Shown piece after piece: positions 57,568 to 64,000 of a DNA stretch of 64,000 nt (the stretch's first letter is position 1; each line of letters begins with the position of its first letter). The stretch is from Macrostomum lignano (lineage: Eukaryota): the NCBI GenBank assembly GCA_002269645.1, contig NIVC01003729.1:1-64000 (forward strand). The letters run 5' to 3'. A model generated the notes under the pieces. It was not told the DNA's origin. It saw nothing but the letters and a program-made list of their open reading frames with translations, and did no database searches. Made by a program: the position numbers and the translations under genes.

Positions 57568-60526
57568 GGCTGCAGGTAATATTAAGTCCTCGAATATTAT
57601 TCAGAAGCATTAATTAAAGGTTTGACTTACAAGACGGTTATACTGATACAAGTTCAAACATAAATTCCATGTCTTTAAAGAGTTTATTGGCATACAGTCT
57701 TTATAAAAATAGCAGTTTTGAAAACTAAAAGCATTCCCTGATTATACACGCGCAACACCTGGCTGACCCAGCCAAGATCAGTTGCAAAAGTGCCTACCCG
57801 AAGAAGACATAGTACTAATTAGATGACGAAGCATTTATCCTTAATAAGACAGTCATAGTTACTCCTGTTATTAACCCAAAAGTGCATAAAATTTGCTTTA
57901 GGATTTCTTTCACACGTAAGCTGCATTTTTGGTCAAAAAGGAAGTTGGATAGCCAGTGTAAATCAGGTGGGTTGCACATTTATGCCCCTTATTGATGAAA
58001 AGACAGTTGATATTGCATTTGGGGTACTCATGCAAATAAAAAATGTTTCAACTTATTGTATTTCTATTGAAGCTCAATTTGCAATAGGTAAATATAATGA
58101 CTATTCAATTGTGTTACTATGATTATTTTAGTTACTTCTTTTACTAAGAAGTAGATAATTTTGCAAGCTGGCTTATTCTGTGTAAAGTGAATATCATTAA
58201 TAGCCTAAAGGCCTGTAAGATCTATCATGGGCACTATCTACTTCTATCATACACTTCATGGTAATGGTATATATAACCCTGTATCTGAATAATAAGAATG
58301 CAAAAGAAATGAAAGTTTTTTTTCCTTATACTCAACTTTTTTATGAATTTTGAATGTATCAAATTTTTTTCTTCAATTATTTTAGCATTTTTCTAAAATT
58401 GAAAACCTCAAATAGCACTTTTAAAACTTTTATATGCATATGCTTGTATAGAAGCAAAATCATTATATTGCCAAATTCATATATTTGTTTACATGAGAAG
58501 CTGAAAAAGTTCAAATTACTCATAAAAGATAGGCCTATACTTTTTATTCTTTACAATCAACCAAATTCAATGAAGGAAACAATTATAGAGATAACTAGGA
58601 AAATGCTACAACTGCTGAAGCAGTTAGCTATCAAAAGAAAAAGAATTCTTAAGAGCAAGGCTACAAACAAAAGACAATAGAAAAATAAATCATCAATTCA
58701 TAATCAGACTCAGAGGCAAAATCTAAATTAGAACAGCTTAATTGGTTAAACAAAATTTGTAAAGAAGGCCATTTTGAGCATGGAAATGATTTAAAACTAA
58801 GAGCAGAAATAGATAGAAATCAGAGGGCACACATCCTATGCTGCCAGCTGCCCTGGGGCCTGTTGCACCTCCCTATCTCGAATCTGCTACTGCATGATAA
58901 TTTAATGTTTTGCCACGCTTAAGCCTAAAGGCAAGGCCCAATCACCCTGTCATCAAACGAGCCATCAAATCACACGACCAATGTAACACAAAAGGACAAA
59001 ATTTGATGTAAATGTTGATCACAAAATTGGTCTAAGTCTAATGATTTGCACACCACTCCCCGCTTAAAAAATTGAAGCCGATTCCTGGTTAAATTCCAAG
59101 TTAAACTGTGAATATTCAAGGTTTATCTAGGAATGAGAGTAAAGATCGCTTCCAAGTTAAACTGGCGTTTGAATTCATTGCACTTTAACAAAGCACGATC
59201 AAAAAAGTTGAAAAAATGGCTGTTAAACTTAGCTAACTGTAAATTAATTTCAAAGTTTGAAGTTAAAATATTAGGCTGAACTTCTGTACACACATAAATG
59301 AAACGCAGCATAAAAAAGTAATAGATTTGAATGTTATCGCGCGCTGCATGCTCAGTCTATAATTTTTATTTTACAAGCGCGAGCATTCACTTGTACATAA
59401 ATGAACTATCGAATTATCGCGCGAAATCTTTTGGGACATAACTTTCAGACCATAATCTATAAGATTTTACTACAGCCGCATCTGGGGCATGAGTTTAAAA
59501 TTTTGATGCGACTGAGACGCGGCTAGCAACATGGAAGTGCGCATTCTCAGTTTTTGCCTCAATCTCGAAATTAGCTTTCTTTTCATTTCTACTATTTAAA
59601 GGGTATTAATAACCAAAAAAATTAAAGATCTAAGCGATAGGTGTGCAACTATACTACTAATTACTGTTTAGTCCTTGGCTTGTGTGTCTTGCTATTTATA
59701 AAGAATAGATATTTTTATTTAATACATCTTTTAAATTCTATCTTGAAACTTTCATAGTAAAAGACACATTGAACACGAATTATGTTTGATAGTTATACTA
59801 ATATATATATTAGCAAAATTTTAATTGCATTATTCTAATAAAAAATAAAGTTAGAAAAATCTGTAAAGAAGCATTACTTTTTGTTTCTCTATCCTCAATT
59901 TTAGCAGCCAAAACATGTAGTTTTTAAATGTAAGAACTATCTCAGCTTTTAGGTAGCTTCATTTTAAAGCGATACTTTTTGTACATATTTGAAATAAACA
60001 ACTAAAATGGTTCACAGTTTTATAGTCACTCAAAATCCTGCTTATCAATGAAAATTCTTTTTAAGGCATCTAGAATTCAGTATTAAATCATTATAAATCA
60101 ATAAATAACTTTAAATCATTAAATCACAAAATTAACCTGTTTGCATGTACTTGCATTTGCAGTTTGAGCTCCCATCATTTGATTTTTATCATCAGTAGTA
60201 TTTTGTCCTTGTTATTTTTTCATAATTTTTTTTAATTGTGATTATTGACTTCTAGCTTTATCATGTCAGATAAAAAGCAATGTATAAGCTGTTGGGCATG
60301 TAGAAGCCGTCAAAAGCGAGCATAATTTTCTTGAATAAAATAGGTATATTTGCCTGGAATAAGTAGAAAGTTTAAGAAGTACTAACTGTAAAGTTGTAAA
60401 ACTGCCAAAGTTGGTAGAAGAAACACAAAAGTTAATAAAAAATGTGCTTCACAAAAATAGTGCAGTACCATCGAAAAATATGACTAATTTTATTTTCACT
60501 GTCCTTGCAGTTATTTCAGGTTGCAC

Positions 60527-61700
60527 ATGGAGCACGAATTAAACAAATGGTTTGTAGTTCGCTTTGCTCAGAATGCGATGCAAGCCGTCAATGAACAGGA
60601 CTTGTGCGTCATTACTGCAGCGAGCAAAGAATTAGAGGCTCCTCTACGTCTATGCTACGGGAGGAAAGTATGGTACATGTAGACGGACGCTCCTCGAGCA
60701 GTTTACAACCCGGAATTCTGATGGTCCCTGCTTTGCCTACCTTTGCGCTGATCAGGAACTGCCTCCCAATCATGGGAATAGAGACGGTGAGAATTATGAT
60801 ATGCTGGACAGCGCCTGGCACTTATTTGTTACAGTAGGCGGCTAGCTTGCAAAACTATAGATTAGAAAATGTGGTATTAGCTGTACAGTATTTGTGTTAT
60901 GTTTTGCTTTATGAATTTCCCTAACTTTTTAGGGGCGCCGACAATCGGCAACCGTGCGACTGAAGCAGATGGACAAAAAGCTCGATAAGTTGATCGAATT
61001 GTGCAGCGGCCAGAGTCACGGTGGTAGGACGGTTGGACAGGCTACACAAGAAAACACGCCTGAGGCTGAACCACAGGATAGGTTGATGGAGGAGCAAAAT
61101 GGCATCGCGACTGGACAGGACGGCGATGAGGCGGCATGTACATGTAATCTGGATGATGAGCTCCCGGCTGTAACAATAAACAAACAGCGACTTAACATCG
61201 CCATTCAGGCTATAATGCTGCGATCGATGCTACGGCAGCCACCAAGCTTTGTTACTAAGGAGCTGCTAATCGAACTAATAGGTATGGAGGCTTTTCAAAC
61301 TTAATTAACAATGTCTGTCACTTCCTTGCAAATATAAAGAAATGATTATCATAATTTGAAGTTTTAGGTTTTGCAATTGTATAATAATAAAAGCGCACTA
61401 AAGGTTTGCCATTTATAAAAGTTAAACTTCAACGGCACATTTATATTTGCTGTTCATTATCATATTTCAGGTCGTGATGCTCTTACATGCGACTCCGGCT
61501 CCTATATGCAAGGACTACTTAAGTAGAAGGACGGAAGACTCAGAATTGGTGAAAATTTCATTGGAGGCCGATTTTTCAATGTATCTCCTGTGTACGCTAT
61601 TGATCGACAATCCTCCGCCAGTACTACTGAGGCCCAGCTTGAAATGGCGAAGACGCTAGCTGTCCGCGGCGACTTACTCGACGAGCTGCTCGCCCCCTAG
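60527..61700 (+). pseudogene. Degraded spliced gene of unknown product (coiled-coil plus possible BEN-like segment)
   Basis: Acceptor tttcag at 60519 before ATG 60527; donor at 60787; acceptor ctaactttttag|60933; donor at 61282; acceptor tttcag|61471. The middle exon reads RLKQMDKKLDKLIELC...FVTKELLIELI|GRDALT. In-frame stops interrupt the first and last exons, so no complete ORF can be assembled. Confidence 0.35.
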
Positions 61701-62961
61701 AAGCTAAGTGTGTCAGCTAACTGCATTCATTTGCAAAAAAATCTTATAACATAAAAAAATTTGGATATAAATGCGATTCCCAAAAACACACTGCTTTTCT
61801 GTTTCTTATTTTCTTCAGTTTCTACTTATAGACATATTGTGAATACATTCACGCATTCGCTCTTTCCCACGCGCATCTCCAACTGATCACTGTTCATTTT
61901 TCTTGCATTATGGTTAAAATTAAATAAAGAAATAATCGAGATTGGAGACCGTGTAAAAATTAAGAAAAAATTATACGTTTTTGTCATTAAACAGACTCGT
62001 ATCCGTGATAAGAGTTATGTACTTTTGTTAAATTTAATAGTGTGAGAGCTAGCGTTGCTACGGCGAGCAAAAAACGGCTGAGATTTGGCGTCAGGGCTTC
62101 TAAATATGAAATTCCACATTTACTACTACTGCAAAAAACTTTGCGCACTACTAACCGCAGTAGATAAATTCGGACATAACTCCTAAATTTCCGCGACGCT
62201 CATTAAATTAAACAATTCTTCCGTCTTCCTACTTTTACTAGGAATTTCTTCCGACTTACCTGATTGGCTGGCTAACATGGAAGAATATAGTGATTTTAAA
62301 CCATGAATATGGCTTTTATTTTCTATGCGGGTCGACTCAAGCTTTTGGTGGCAACCGTGAATGAAATTCTTATGATCGAATAAATAAATTAGCAAAAATA
62401 CAGAATATTAACTAACGTCTTTTATATATTTTTGCTTAAAATTTAACAGCTTTTACTGTTTAGACTATGCCTAGCTAACTAAGCTTCTAACAGTTAACTT
62501 TTGTTTAAAACATTTTGTATTTGTGTACCTGTTCAAAAAGATTTTTTTTTATTTAAATTTTAGCTACTTGCGCGCGACAGTCTTTTTCTTAAGGTCTGCC
62601 ATTATAAATAGAGGGCCTAGTGCTATAAATAGGCAGTGCTTGTCCCATGGTCCTCTGCCAATAACAAAAATATGCACATGGCGCTATGTCAATAATGTGG
62701 CTCAGACAAAAATTATCATATTCCAAATTAATTGTCCTGTGTTTAACTGAAATAAAGACAAGACATAGACTAATTTAACTAAATTGACATATTTAAATAA
62801 TTGGCTCCACCCTCCACTGTAGAAGATAAATTTTCTAAGTGGTAAGGTCTAGACTAAAGGCTCAAAAACAATATATGCTTCGTTAAAATAGTCGTATATG
62901 ACTTTCAAGACTTTGTAGTATAATGACTAGGCCTAATCATTAGGCTAATGTATATAATAAA

Positions 62962-63366
62962 TAAAGGTCGGATGGGATCCAAATCCTGTTGCCGAAATCT
63001 CGGGATCCCGAGGAAAATTTAATTCCTGCGGGACCAGAATCCCGACCCTAAAAAACTTGAGATTCAGGAGCAGGTCTTTTGATTAAAAATTCATAGAATT
63101 AGGCCTAGTGATTACTTGAGGGTATTTTGCTTTAACTTATACTTGTTATATTATTTAATTTGTTGGTTACAAAACTTCATATCAATTTCATTGTGTTTTA
63201 CTTCTTGATCTTGACAATCTTTTCTCAATTTTTTTTAACTTTATATCAATACACTACACTACACTAAAAGACCTAATCCCGATTCTCAAATCCCGATCCC
63301 AATCCCGAGAAAAAATATTTCCCCATCCTGATCCTGCCCTAAGATTTCAATCCCGTCCAACCTCTA
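62962..63366. mobile_element. Non-autonomous hAT-type element (MITE), 405 bp
   Basis: Imperfect TIRs TAAAGGTCGGATGGGAT (62962-78) and ATCCCGTCCAACCTCTA (63350-66), 14/17 matching. A perfect 8-bp TSD ATAATAAA lies at 62954-61 and 63367-74. Subterminal GGGAT/ATCCC motifs are repeated at both ends. Confidence 0.88.
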
Positions 63367-64000
63367 ATAATAAAGGTAAGAGCAGTGTTGCTACAGCTAA
63401 ATGCTCAAAATTTGAATTTTCTGCACAAGTGTGCAAATAGGACCTAATGTGCAAGACCCAAAGACCCTAAATTTCTATGCAAATTAGACTTTTTTGGATT
63501 GTTGACAATCTAACAGTAGCAAAATGTTCAATTTCCACTTCAAATAATGATACATTGATATTTCACTTGTTAGTTATGGCTACTCTTTGTTTGCACTTAA
63601 AATTAAACACACTATTTTTATACTATTTTTTTATTTTTAAGCATTAAGCATTTGATTTATCATTTTATTCATTTAGCCTAGAAAAGAATTTTTTGGGATT
63701 TGAAAGTTTTGAAAGTTGTGACTAAGAAAAATTTATGACAAAAAAAATTAGACTGAATTTCTTCATTTGTTTCTTTCATTTTACTAACAATAATTAGCTT
63801 ACATTTCTACCTGCACCATTTTTTTGCCTTGCGCAAAAAATGATTTTGTTGTAAATGGCAGTACTAATGAGTAGGTCTAAGTGAGTGTTGAGACTAAGAC
63901 TGCAACTACAACTACAAAGCCTTAACTGAGATGGCTGCTCTGAGTAGATTGATATTTGATAGGTCTACAATATTACAAATTTATAATATAACATATAAGT

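Noticed and set aside
58354-58680. 108-aa plus-strand ORF
   Set aside because: AT-rich, K/I/F-biased sequence with no splice context or domain; likely a chance ORF.
62183-62750. Short ORFs at 62183-62395 and 62523-62750
   Set aside because: No ATG context or recognisable motif, in AT-rich flanking DNA.

Overview
This is eukaryotic (invertebrate animal-like) genomic DNA with GT-AG introns; there is no evidence of prokaryotic systems or CRISPR. Bases 1-44655 are one 25-bp satellite array (consensus GTGTCTGTAGAGTGCTTAACTGCAG, roughly 1,800 monomers) that runs off the left edge and has higher-order structure. The remaining ~19 kb holds, in order: (1) a 23-bp minisatellite; (2) a two-exon gene absent from the ORF track, encoding a 61-aa secreted precursor with a 27-aa cationic C-C-CC-C-C cystine-knot (knottin/conotoxin-like) peptide, with a TATA+Inr promoter and an intron filled by a 24-bp minisatellite; (3) a tRNA-like SINE head followed by a decayed Tc1 (DD34E) transposon with intact ends; (4) a 61-bp minisatellite starting at the stop codon of (5) a three-exon minus-strand Trithorax/KMT2A-B-type H3K4 methyltransferase gene that is unusually compact (1268 aa as assembled here); (6) a degraded spliced plus-strand gene; (7) a 405-bp hAT-type MITE with an 8-bp target-site duplication. 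The host cannot be identified from the sequence. The minisatellite density is reminiscent of Macrostomum-type flatworm genomes, but that is a low-confidence guess. All coordinates and translations were read by hand.
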